Origin: Monocercomonoides exilis PA203
Lineage: Eukaryota; Protista; Preaxostyla
Assembly: GCA_001643675.2 (NCBI GenBank)
Contig: LSRY02000023.1
Coordinates: 1,240,001-1,304,000, forward strand
DNA: 64,000 nucleotides
Reading direction: 5' to 3'
Shown: piece after piece, positions 49,500 through 61,318 of the stretch
How the letters are laid out: each line of letters opens with the position of its first letter
How positions within the stretch are numbered: position 1 is the first letter of the stretch
The notes under the pieces: model-generated
The model's input: the letters and a program-made list of their open reading frames with translations, nothing else
Database searches by the model: none
Told to the model about the DNA's origin: nothing
Program-made: the position numbers and the translations under genes

Positions 49500-52150
49500 T
49501 GATTCATTTATTTCATTCAATTTGACAGAGCAGCAGTACGAGCCAAAGATAATGTGAATCGGTTTCTATTCTCTCAACAGCATCATTATCACTGTCAATG
49601 CCTTCTGTGGGATTGTTGAATGTGCATTTGAACTGTTTTCATCTTCCCTAGAGGCGCATTCCGCTCTGCTCCAGTACTTCGTACGGCTTCCGCGCTCCGG
49701 TTGTGCTGAACGGGGTGAATGGGCATCGCACGAGAAATGCAAGCGGAAGGGGGAAGGAGCTGCCAGATACGTCGCACTCATGCTCTTTCTTCGTGAAACT
49801 AGCAAGGAACGAAGAGAGGACAGCGTATTCAAATGGAAAAGGCAAAGAAGGCGGATATCAGAAGCAAATTCAGCGCAGAGCAGAGGAAAGAGATACAGCA
49901 GGAGGAGCCAAAGACGAAGACAAAGACGAAGGAGAAAGACGAGTTTTGCCCATAACAAGTTGACGCTTTCGACACAAGGCTTGCACAGGCTCAACGGAAA
50001 GAAGGTGGAGAGAAGAGTGAAGGTGATGATGACTACCATGAACAGCAGCAGACATTTTTCTCGTTCGACAGCACACTTTCATCTTCCCAGTTGCACACTC
50101 AAAATACCACAGCCTTCTCCACATTTGCTACTCCTCTTTTTTCTCCCTTGCCACACACGCAATTGTCTACCCCTTCTGTTCTTGTTGGCACTCCTCCAAA
50201 GCCACTCACTCCTTCATCTCCAGCCACAGACTTCTCTTCGCTCACACAAAAGTTTCTCTCCATATTCAGCCCAAGCTCTTCTTCTTTATCGTGCATGCCT
50301 TCATCATCTTCTTCTTCCTCTCCTTCGTATATTTCTTCCTTCTCGCTGCTTCCGCTTGTGACTGTGCCGATCCCTCGTGCGATTCTCTGGAAGAGCAGAT
50401 TGGGCAATGCAGGCGTGTTTGAAAGCAGCAGCGTGTTAGCCACAAGGGATGTGTTTGAGCAACAGAGGATGATGATGAACGAAGCAGCTTATGTGGCTAG
50501 AAAGTGGATTTTGATGGGTGGTGAGAAGGAGAGGAAGGAAGAGAAGAAGGAGGAGAAGAGGCGTGCAAATGAGTTTGAAAGTGATAAAGATGAAAAAGGA
50601 TCGTTGTGTCTTGCAGATGAATGCATCAATAATGAGAAAGAAGAAAAAGAAGAAGAGGAGGAAGAAGAGGAAGAAGAAGATGGATTTGACAAAGACATTA
50701 GAAAGGCTCAGAAAGAAAGAGGAGCGAAAGAAAAGAAGAAAAAAACAAAAGAGAAAAATTACCCTGTGAAGATTTTGACCAATGTTTGCTTATTTTTTCT
50801 GCCTGAAATCAAAAATCGAAGAAGGATTCAGCAGCAAATTATTGAAGCACCATTTACTTTCTCAACATTTGCATCTGCAAGCACATCAACTTCATTCACT
50901 TCTTCTTCGTTTCACACTTCATTATCATCTTCATTCTCTTCCTCCTCCTCCTCCTCCTCCTCCTCTTCATTGTCTCCTTCTTTGCCTTATTCATTTTCTT
51001 CATTTTCTTCTTTGCCTTCTTTGTCTTCGCCTTCATTAAAGCAAGCAATGTTTTCATCTTTTGCATCAGACTTTATCTCCTGCTCCAAATTTTTCAAAAT
51101 TTCTTTTCTATATCTTCTTCTTCTTCTTCGACACCTTCGTCGATGAGAAACAAATATATAACAGTTTTCTAATTGGGCAATTTTCCTCAAATTCTTCTCG
51201 AATCCCTGTATCCAATTTTCTTCCAGAAAAACAAAAGAAATACTTTTGTTATTGAAGAATATAAGATGAAAGAAAATGAGAATGGAAGCGATTCTATTCT
51301 TTGTTAAGAAAAGTCGATAAGCAGGAGCGAAGTGGAAAAGGAAATCGAATCTGTATTTTGCGTTAAGAGGTTGAAAAAGGCACATACGAAATCGAATGAA
51401 TATAAAAGCAATTCTTAAACAGAAAGTATGATCGAAGTGATGAGTTTCTTCAGATTTTGCAATGCTGCATGCCTTCAACATGTCGCAGAAGATGAAACGA
51501 TGAAGGGAACTTATTCATTTGAAAAAGCATATTTAATGGAAAATTCTATGAAACAAGAAAATAAATGCCCGACAAGCAATGTTGATTTCATCAAATGCAC
51601 AAAAGATGGTTTTATCTTTTTTATGTGTTTCATATCTTCAATTTTCTTCGACTCTGCCGTTAGCTCACTAATTTTCTAGAAAATCGATTCATGCAATAAT
51701 ATCAGCTTTGTGATTAGCATCTTTTTTTGAAGCCCTGCCGTATTGTGTGCGCTCTTGTGGAAAGTCTTTGCGAACTCGCGTTATATTTCTTTGATGTCAA
51801 GCTTTCCATCATCATACTTATAACCAGCAATATTCCCTTCAAGAAATATGAACTAATCGACATTCCAGTTGCTAAAATGCATCTGTTCTGTCATATCCAA
51901 CAACTGAGTCGTCTTTCTGAGTGATGTTTCCCATGAAGGTGAACAAGGGCTCTTTCACAGAAGCGACAAGGGATTCACACACAAAATGCGCATCCATTCT
52001 TCATGCTCCATAGCACACTTTTTGGATAACAAAGAAGCCGATGAACTTGGTGAGAAAAAAAACACGTGTTTCTATGGGAGATATGCAAGTGTTGTCAGAG
52101 TAATTGATGAACATCGCAATAAGAATGGAGCACAAAGTACTGAAAATGAA
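49500..52150. pseudogene. Fragmentary coding-like, low-complexity sequence (possible gene remnants on both strands)
   Basis: Higher GC and Ser/Glu-type tracts like host exons, but only broken ORFs (e.g. 50091..51146). No domain recognised. Confidence 0.3.
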
Positions 52151-52409
52151 AGAGAATAATATCAGCGGTATTTTCTAAAGGAATATTTGGATAAATCGAT
52201 TCGAAACAGAAGGAAGAGGAGCTGTTAATTGAAAATAAAGTGGGAAGAGCATTTGATTCGAAAAATTAAAAAAGAAATGAAGAGGTTGAATCAGTCGTTC
52301 CGATTGATTGTTGATTCCTTTTCAACACAATCTCCATTTGATGAGTCCGTTGAACTGCACGGCTGGAACTGAAACTTGGTGATGAATTTTTAGCTGGATT
52401 AACAAAAAA

Positions 52410-52892
52410 GGCAAGATGCTACTTTAAGGGTACCAGATTTTTTCGTTAAATCCATGAATAAATAGCTAAAAAATTCAATGCCAAGATATAATAAATACAT
52501 TAGGTAAATAATTACCAATTGATCAAAACAAAAAATGATTGAATGGTTTTTTATTCAAATCTTTAGTTTTACGAGACTTTTTTCAAACTTCATAAAAATA
52601 CTTTAATTGAGTTATTATCAACCCAAACAATTGCAAATAGCAATAATATTCAAATTTAAAAACCTGAAAATGTCTTTTTATTGTTATTTAATGAATTTAT
52701 CAAAAATAATTATTTAATATTTCAATTAGGGGTCAGTTGTTTTTGAGAACGAAAACCCTAAAAATGTTAAATGATTAATAAATCATATTGTCAACACCAA
52801 AGAGTGTTGATGAATGTTCACTCGAAAACATTAAGCCTTTTCATGAAGCTTATTTTAAAATTTTTTAGGTTCCCTTAAAGTAGCCTTTTGCC
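52410..52892. mobile_element. 483-bp MITE with 25-bp TIRs (GG...CC termini) and 8-bp TSD; Merlin- or MULE-like
   Basis: Left ggcaagatgctactttaagggtacc versus right (reverse complement) ggcaaaaggctactttaagggaacc, 3 mismatches. ACAAAAAA at both 52402-52409 and 52893-52900. Confidence 0.75.
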
Positions 52893-54567
52893 ACAAAAAA
52901 CTCATTGGATTTTCTTTAAAATAATCAAATTTAATGTATTCGTGCAATTATGAATGTTCTTTTTCAAATTTTTACTTCATTGAGTTTTGTTTAACTTGTT
53001 AAGAAATAGTTATTTTCCTATGAAAGTTTGATTATTCTTTCTTTTTCAAAATATTTTTTTTAACTTGATCAAAAATTCTTTTTCTTTCAAAACACAAATG
53101 CATGCTTTTTATTTTTTAATAAAACAATAAAAGAAATATATATCACAGAAATAAAAGCTTTATGCTTATGAAAAATAAATTTATCTTTTTGATCAATTAA
53201 CACCACAATAGAATTTATTTCATTCTTTTTTTGATCTTTTTTTATGATATAAAAAAAAATCACCCATATTATGCTTCTCTCGAACAATTCTATTCGGCCT
53301 AAATATAATAAACATCGTTCATAATATATATTAAATCAAAAAAACGCAGCTTCCATAATAAAAACATTTCAATTTCGAATGAAATTTTATGAAACAATTA
53401 TTTCTTTATATTCAGATGATAGTTTTCAAAAAGCAGTGAAAAAGAAATGTAATTTATTCTCAAACAAATTAAAAACTTCAATAATAGATAATTGAGCTTG
53501 TTAACCTTTATAATTCCAAATAATTCAAATTAAAGAAATAACTCAAAAATATAATGTTATAATGGAATTTTCAGAATTTTCTCAAAGAAACTTGGTTTTC
53601 AAAAATTCAATCAAGATTCTTTTTAAATTCATTTATAAACATGAATTTTTACCTTTTTCATTTCATACCACAATTACTTAAAAAAGATCTTATTTCGAAC
53701 AAAGTTACAATATAAAAAATAATGACCCATTTTGTTTTATTCATAATTATCTTAAACTTTTTTCTAGAAAATATTTTTTCCTCTATTATTATGCATATTT
53801 ATCTCACCATTTCAATGATAAAAAGTTAAAAAAGTTTGGCACGAATCGAAAATTTTTAAATAAATGTAATATTTTCACCACATATGTGTGATTATTTATG
53901 AAATCAAAAATTTTCGAATGAATTTTTCAATTTGAAAATTTTAATTAGAATCATAGTAATTGAATATAGAAAAGTGAAAACTTAAATAAAAATCATCAGA
54001 GTCCATCTTTTTCATCGAAAATTGGTTTTTTATTTAATAGAAATATATCTCATATTTAAACAATTTCCAATTATTCATAACAAATAATTTTTCTTATCTT
54101 TAACACCCCGATAAAAGATATAGTCCTCAAAATAATACTCAATTCATAAATTAACAAGATAAAAAAACCCAAACTTATAAAAATTAGTCATAATATTTAT
54201 ATGAGATTAAAATTTTGTTTTTCCTCGTATTTCAAATATCCGGACATTTTCAAAAAACCGAACATCAGATTTGCTTATGGGCATTCTGATTTGAAAATAA
54301 CAATTCCAACTTTGTGTGATACTTTGGCTCGATATATATTAAATAATGCAATTATTTTAACAAAGCATCATTTAATAATCAAGAAAAAAAATATTAAAAG
54401 AAACATGTTATTCTATATTTTCAAAAATTCACTAAGTTATTTTTATATATGAAATAAAACAAAAGCAAATAATAAATATTAGAGTAATATATAAAGTTAA
54501 TCGATTGGAAAATGGTGCAAATGGATCGGAAGATAAATAAATTTTTCCACTAAAAAATTCTTTTGTT

Positions 54568-55979
54568 TTATCCATTAAGAATGGAGAAACAATAACCTTG
54601 TCTGGCTTCGTTAATGGAAGGGAATTGCACACGAGTTTTTTTGTTAAGTGTACACATTCCTGAATCCCTGCAAGAAGCAATGACTGTTGCGGTGGACAAA
54701 TCATGATGCAGTGCGATCTGAAGCCTCCCAATAAAATGTGTTCTTCTTCCTTCTGCTGAGTCATTGAAAACATCAGTGTCACTTTCTCCAAGCTTGCTTT
54801 TCAAGTTGGATTTAGCATATTTGTCTAACGATAGAATGAGATGAGATGAATGCAAAGGAGGAAGTGTTGTATTAATTTTATACTTTGATGCCAAGCTAAT
54901 TATGTTTGAAGTTACATGAGAATGAAGGGAGTCCATGTAAATAAACGCATTTGCAAAATTTTCTGCAATTGAGCTTCTTCAATATTCGATAGCTGGAATG
55001 ACAGAATTAAGAAAAATGAATTCAATTCTTTCTTTAGTCATTGGAACAGTTTCTGTAGGAATAATTAACAATTCTCGACTGTTTGCCATTTTGTATTCCT
55101 TTGGAACATCTTTGCCGGAAAATATCATACATGCCCTTTGGTGAGTTCCGTCAGCAGCAATAACTATCAACAACGATGTATTTTGGTAGTGCGATTGCTG
55201 CCTTTGCATTTGTGCAGGAGCATCAGTTATTGTTATGACTTTAATAATTTTCTCTCCTCGCTAGTAATGCAACATTCATCAAGATTGAACACGAGTTGTG
55301 GAAGATAATTATGATCATGATATAGTTTTTCCAATCGATCAAACCATCTTCCAATACACTCTTGAGTGCTGTGAGCAACTCGTGCCGCTGGAATTTGAAC
55401 AGGTGTTTTAAATAAGAGATCTTCACTTTTTTTGATAACGTTGTGAGCCCAAGAGCGACAAACTGAATGGTCAATAATTTCCTCTTTTGGTTTATTTTGA
55501 ATTAGGCTTTAAGCCTGAAAGATAATTAAAAAAAAAAAAGCAATTTAAAAAAAGAAAAAACAATTTTGTGACAATAAAAAACCTAAAACAAATAATAACA
55601 CAAACCAACAATCGAGCCTCCTTAATTGTTTTGTGTTTATTGTCCCTAGCGAAATTTGAAAGTTCTTCTTTGAATATTGCAGTTTTTTCTTTGTTCAAAG
55701 CAGGAGGTCTGCCTTTAACTAAGCAATCTCTCCCATCTTTGACAGCTTCGATTGCTCTATTGAGAGCGCTTCTGTTTATTAATGCTGCCGAAACAATGAT
55801 GCATTTCTTTATTCCATGATCAATATAAATGTGTGCGCATCTTTCGATTTTGTTTTCATAACGACTGTATTCTGCATCTTCAAGCAACTTAATAACTCTC
55901 GAAAAATCATCTAAATAATAATAATGAAGTTTCAAAGCAAAACAAAATTCAAACCATCTCGATCTTCTTCCATGCTCAT
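54568..55979 (-). pseudogene. pogo/Fot1-like (DDE_1) transposase pseudogene with two introns
   Basis: Motifs GRPPAL, PQLVFNLDE, VIAADG, YMDSLHSH, LHSSHLILSLD, IASCRDSGMCTLN, with stops and frameshifts. Confidence 0.8.
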
Positions 55980-56187
55980 GGAAAACAAAACTTTTGATTG
56001 ATCAAAAAATTCCGAATAAACCAAAACAAAATCTAAATAAGGAATAGATCATTTTAATCAGTATACCCATTTAAAAAAACAAATAACCGGTTAAATGAAA
56101 ACCTACCATAGTCGGGGTGTTTTCCCGCTCAGGGGAGTTAACCCGCTCAGATGATCAAAAATCAACCCATTCTATGTTAGTGAAAAA

Positions 56188-57806
56188 ATGTCAAAGATTG
56201 AGCTAGAGATCCACAGAATTGCAGCATCCAGCGAAGCAAGGCTACTGGAAACTCCTCACGAGAAAGGTCTTCACTTGCATCTTGTTTGCGGATTCAAAAA
56301 GGCAGAAATTGAACAAGCAAATATTATTTCCAAACATTTTCTGAAAAGAGCAGAAAAAGCTCAAAAGGAGAATCGCGTTGTTGGAAAACCCGGGAGACCT
56401 TTTCTTTTTTCAAAAACAGACGAACAAAGGTTAACTGTCAGATTGGAAGTCGATGCAGATAAAGGAATTTTCCATTCAATGAGAGATATAGCGGAAATGG
56501 TTTGTTAGCATTCGAATTATTGTATTTTTAATTTTTTATTATTTGGAGGCAAATGAAATAAGAAGAGAAAAAAGAACTGAAGAAGAAGAAGTCAAATTTG
56601 TAGACAAACACTGGCCAAAGAGATTTATTGAAAGATATCCAAAACTTGCTCTGAAAAAAGCAACAAAGTTGCCAATAGGCCGTGCTGCACATAATTCGAA
56701 GCAAACAATAGGTCACTTTTTTGACAAAGTTGCAAAGTTTTTTTCAGAAGTGAAAATTGCACCTCAATTGTTGTTCAATTTGGATGAAACATCAACTGTA
56801 TTTTCAAAATTTTCAGAAGATGTCGTGGTTCCGTCTTCTTCTTCAGTTCAGCCAATCATTCCAAAGCCTTCGTTGCCAAATTCAACGTGTATAGTTTTTC
56901 TCACAAGCGCAGATGGAGTGAGATATTTAACTCCAATTCTTATCCCATATTCGACAATTCCAAAAGAATATGTTGAAGCTACAACAGAAAATGAGGTGTT
57001 CATACCATGTTCAACTGGACACATGACAACTGCATGCTTTCTGGATGTATTTCAAAAAGCAATCCTGCCCAGCATAAACAAAAAGCGAATTGCCATAGGA
57101 CAACAACACAATCACGCGGCTTTGGTGATGGATGGAGGTACAAGGCATTTTTCCACAGAGATCGTTAAATTATGCAAAGATAATATAATCGATCTTATTC
57201 AACTCCCCTCGCATACCTCTCACTTGCTACAACCAAACGATCAGTACATTTTTGCCAACATGAAAAAATGTTTCAAAAAGTCAACTGAATGTGTCAAAAT
57301 TTTTTTGAAAAGTTCCATTTGTTTAATTTTCAAATAAAATAAAATTTTAATATTTTGATCATATTTCCGTTCCCGCTCACCAAATTTCGCTGTCATGAAA
57401 ACAATATCTTGACATTGTTTTTATTTCCATTTGAGTGAAGTCCCGTGAGTGAGAACTGATATTTAATCGAAAAATGAAATTTTTATTTTATTTTTAAATT
57501 TAACAAAAGGAACTTTTCAAAAAAATTCTGACATGTGGGAAAACAAACACGGCTAGCGAAAGAACAAAAGAATTTATTACCGTCTAAAACGAAGCAAATG
57601 CAATGTCTTCGTTTCCATCATCAATTAAATCCAGCTGGAGAGTGACAGGCCTTCATCCATTAAATCCAGATGCCGTTCTTGCTCAACTGCCAGAGAAGCC
57701 TCCAGAATGGGCAGAAATTGCTTCATCATCAAACAGGGCACCAGAAGGAGCAATGTCTGGGAAAATTTGGCTCAGTTCTGATGATATGTCTGATATTGGA
57801 ATATGA
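56188..57806 (+). pseudogene. DD35D pogo/Fot1-like transposase, intron-containing, disrupted by a MITE and a TAA
   Basis: Exon 1 56188-56499, intron to 56548. FNLDET, LVMDGGTRH and LPSHTSHLLQPND give 35 residues between D2 and D3. C-terminal IKSSWRVTGLHPLNP. Insertion at 57293-57532; in-frame TAA at 57585. Confidence 0.85.
57293..57532. mobile_element. 240-bp foldback MITE with 88-bp imperfect TIRs inserted in the pogo transposase
   Basis: 57293-57380 pairs without gaps with 57445-57532. Flanked by ATGT on both sides (or TG if the termini are TGTCA..TGACA). Excision restores the frame KKSTE-CGKTNTASER. Confidence 0.85.
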
Positions 57807-58014
57807 TAGAGTTTTTCAATTTTTTTATCCTGTCTAAATTATTTTTCATCCTTTATTAGATTTTTTCCACAAACATTCTGCTATAATGTTACAACCAACG
57901 ATTTTTGTTTGTTTTCGAAGAGAAAAATGAAAACTACTGAAGGAAAAATGTTCTGACTTCTGTGATCATCTGAGCAGGTTAACTCCCCTGAGCGGGTTAA
58001 CTCCCCGACTAATA

Positions 58015-60384
58015 GAACTTATGCGATTTGAACTGGTCATATATTATTTGCCTTTGCTAAAGCAGATAAGTTTAATATAATGCAAATTAGATCGAGACAA
58101 ATCGATTTGATTGAGTCAATGCAAATTACTATAATTGTGGGTGCGAATATGATCGATAATAATTGTTATTAATGCGTGTTTTTGTATTTAACTTTTTTGA
58201 AACTTCATCATTCATGTCTCAATCTCCATTTTTCGATATTTTGAAGAGCGTGAAGAAAAGAAATGTGATGCCATCTCATGTCGAGATTAAATCTGATGAT
58301 GATCAGCAATCAATCATCGATAAATTTTGTAAAAAATTTTCTGACCCATCTTTCGGTTTTCACCGACTGACTGGGTTTGTTCGTTATGAATTCGACTTGC
58401 TTCTTCGTCTTCTCTCATCATCAGCCCAACCTCATCGTGGAAGGGCAAAATCAATCGAATCTTTGGATGAACAACTTTTTCTTTTGTTTGTTTTTCTTCA
58501 CCACGGCTCCATTTCTTTAACTCACGTCATATCTCAATCAAAACACGAATCTCAAACATCAACTGTTCGACTTCTTCATTCAACAGCATCAAATTTAAAA
58601 CCTCAACTTGCAAATCTTTTTCTTTCATTTCGTCCAGATCGATTAGAGCAAATGAAGGAGGTGGGAATTGTGCTTGACTGCACAGTAATACCTACAAACA
58701 GGCCTGGAGGGAGGCTGGAGTTTGGAAAAAAATACTACTCAGGGGAGCATCACATCTATTGTGTCAAGGCGGAGGTGGGAGTGAACCCCAAGGTGGGGAC
58801 AGCAAGTACAATCAGTTCTATCTACTCTGGGTCAACTCACGATTTCACTATTTTCAAAGAACATTACCCCACATTTGTTCAAAAGCTTGGAGGAGCAAAG
58901 ATTTTGGCCGATTCCGCTTACATAGGAGCGAAACCAGAGCTTGGGGCGATTATTACAAAGCCCGTTGGAACTCCTGAGCTTGCATCTCATCGTGTTATTG
59001 TTGAAAGATTCTTTGGAAGGCTCAAAACTCTCTTTTCTGTCTTCCGTCATCCGTGGGTTTTTGAAATGGAGCGTGTTGGGGACTATTTTTCAGTGGCTTG
59101 CTGCCTCACAAACTTTCATATCTTGCACAATCCACTCACAAATAAGGATTTTGAAGCAAATTCATTGTTTTTGGAGGAGTTATATTCGAATTACTTGAGA
59201 AAAGTTGATGCAAAGAAGGTGGCTAATGCTCGATATTTCGCCAAAATGAAAAATAAACTCAATCCAGAAAATACACTGACACCCACAATAACTACAATTT
59301 TGGCAGAAATTGGAGGCTTATCTTTCACTTTTTTACCATTATTTTTTATTTTTTATTACAATTTTTTCATTTTTATAAACATCATTTTACCATATTTTTT
59401 AATTTTAGATGCTTCTGATGATGATCAAAGGGCGTACGAAGCAGAAAAAGCTAAAGAAAGAAGAGAAAGAGCGAATAGCGAAGTTTTAGTACAAAGAAGC
59501 GAGCAAAGGGAACAGGTTTTGGAAAAAGAAAGAAATGATTTTGATGAAAATCAAAATTGTGATAATTCACAAGCTTGGCACCTTCCGCAGCAATGGAAGT
59601 CGATAAGTATTTTTTCTCCATCTTCAACTCAACCTTTTCCTTCATTTTCACAATCACAACCTTCTACTTCCTTTTCATCATCATCTTCATCAACTGCTTC
59701 TTCTTCCTCTTCTGTTGGTTCAAAACAAAATAAACCCCCATCTGTTCTTCAATCGTTGCTGAATAAAAAGTGATTATCATTTAATTTTTCTTTAACTTCT
59801 TTTAACTTCCATCTCATCTTTTTAATAATCTAAATAAATTAATATTTTCAATTCTAAATTTTTTTTTTTTTGAATAAAAAACAAAAATTGTGTTCATCAA
59901 TAAAATATCTATATATTTTTTAATTTTCTATACAAAATATAGTAATAAAAATGAAATGAAACAAAAAACCAACAATAACAAAAAAGTTAACGAAATTGTA
60001 TCGAAAGAGCTTTATGTTTTTCTGAAATACAGATATATATTAAATTTCAACTGTGATCATCTCTTGCTCGTGTTAAAAACGTAAGTTTCAAATTGTTCAT
60101 TATGATCCGAATCGGAAGAAGAGATGTAGAAAATAAACAATAAACACTTAAAACAATCAAAAAAAGAATTCACAAACTTGTTGTATTTTTAAGATCTGCT
60201 GACAAGGAAGAGAGTTTGAAAAAATGAGTCAATATCTTGATCGTAATTGACTCATAATTGTTTTCAAAAAAGATCAAAAAATGATCAATTCAAATCAGTT
60301 TTGATTAAGTCAATTCAAATAAGATCGACTAAATGCAAATTGATTGAGTCAAATCAAAATTATGCACTCAATTCGAAAAAGCTC
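58015..60384 (+). mobile_element. Putative PIF/Harbinger- or ISL2EU-like element, boundaries tentative
   Basis: Weak terminal IR (gaacttatgcgatttga versus reverse-complemented gagctttttcgaattga, 13/17). Shared subterminal motifs ttgattgagtcaa, atgcaaatt and agatcga at 58080-58127 and 60300-60361 surround the transposase. Confidence 0.45.
58214..59773 (+). CDS. HARBI1/IS5-like DDE_Tnp_4 transposase, apparently intact
   Basis: FHRLTGF..YEFD and EQLFLLFVFLHHG (HTH_Tnp_4-like), IVLDCT, YYSGEH, GSTHD, ILADSAYIG, RVIVERFFGRLK, CCLTNF. Probable 93-nt intron at 59316-59408. Confidence 0.85.
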   Translation: MSQSPFFDILKSVKKRNVMPSHVEIKSDDDQQSIIDKFCKKFSDPSFGFHRLTGFVRYEFDLLLRLLSSSAQPHRGRAKSIESLDEQLFLLFVFLHHGSISLTHVISQSKHESQTSTVRLLHSTASNLKPQLANLFLSFRPDRLEQMKEVGIVLDCTVIPTNRPGGRLEFGKKYYSGEHHIYCVKAEVGVNPKVGTASTISSIYSGSTHDFTIFKEHYPTFVQKLGGAKILADSAYIGAKPELGAIITKPVGTPELASHRVIVERFFGRLKTLFSVFRHPWVFEMERVGDYFSVACCLTNFHILHNPLTNKDFEANSLFLEELYSNYLRKVDAKKVANARYFAKMKNKLNPENTLTPTITTILAEIGGLSFTFLPLFFIFYYNFFIFINIILPYFLILDASDDDQRAYEAEKAKERRERANSEVLVQRSEQREQVLEKERNDFDENQNCDNSQAWHLPQQWKSISIFSPSSTQPFPSFSQSQPSTSFSSSSSSTASSSSSVGSKQNKPPSVLQSLLNKK

Positions 60385-60390
60385 AAATAA

Positions 60391-60475
60391 GCAAGCATGG
60401 CCGAGTTGGTCCAAGGCGGTAGACTCAAGATCTACTACTCGTATGGGTGCGTGGGTTCGAATCCCACTGCTTGCA
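60391..60475 (+). tRNA. tRNA-Leu(CAA)
   Basis: Acceptor GCAAGCA/TGCTTGC, D-arm TGGCCGAGTTGGTCCAAGGC, anticodon stem GTAGA/TCTAC with loop CT-CAA-GA, long variable arm, GTGGG-TTCGAAT-CCCAC, followed by a TTTTT Pol III terminator. Confidence 0.96.
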
Positions 60476-61318
60476 TTTTTGTTTCCATATGAAATAAATA
60501 TCTTTATTTCTTGAAAACTTGCTAATTTTTGTTTTCTATTTTATTTATCCTTATTGAGCACACATCTTCTTTCACAAAGTTCATCTCTTATTATTATAAT
60601 GGTTCATAGATCGATTTGAAATTAAGTTAGATATTTTTGGAATTATTTGTAACTTTTGCATTTTAATCAATTTATTTCAACAAAAAAACACGATTTTGTG
60701 ATTAATCAACTGTTCAAATTGAATTTAGCTTATTTTGTTTTATTTTGGAATATAAATATTTTTTCTTTTTGATTCAAATTTTTTTGTTGCTTTACAAATC
60801 TCTCACTAATAGCTTTTTTTTATAGTGCATATTTGGGACGAAATTTTTTGTTTTTAGAATTTTGTTCCATTCTTCTCAAACAAATATTTTTCTCAGTTTT
60901 AGAGTTTTTCTGTATTTTTTTGACATGAGAATGAAAGATTTCTCATGATAAGGTTGTGGAAAAAGTTTGGAACAAATCGTTGTTTTTTTCAAAAAAGAAA
61001 AAATTTTGCCCCATTTGAGATATTTGGTGTGTTTTCCATTTCCCATAGTCAAATAATTTTTTAGATTCTTATTGGAAGTTTTATTGCCTGCTTGAAAATA
61101 ACACATGATTCAAATGCAGGTTTCATCTTTTCAATGAAAGGATTATCAATATTTAATTTTTTTGTACATTTTTATTGAAATGTTTATGAAATGGATCCAA
61201 CTGCTGTTATCTTAATGTTTCATTCGTTGTTTGTGTATTCTTTAGAATAAAGAAAAAGAGAAGTATATTGGTTTGATGAAATTTCTCCATTAAAGAAAAA
61301 TTATCCATTTTTTGAGAA

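Larger units (their letters stand above)
56111..58009 (+). mobile_element. pogo/Fot1-like DNA transposon with ~47-bp TIRs and TA target duplication
   Basis: TA|gtcggggtgttttcccgctcaggggagttaacccgctcagatgatca ... tgatcatctgagcaggttaactcccctgagcgggttaactccccgac|TA. Each TIR contains two 18-bp direct repeats. Confidence 0.92.

Noticed and set aside
54102-54111. aacaccccga, reverse complement of 56112-56121
   Set aside because: Only 10 bp, wrong orientation to bound the minus-strand pogo gene, and no TSD.
58080-60361. Short spaced repeats as a possible CRISPR-like array
   Set aside because: Irregular and degenerate, with no unique spacers of constant length and no cas genes; better explained as transposon subterminal repeats.
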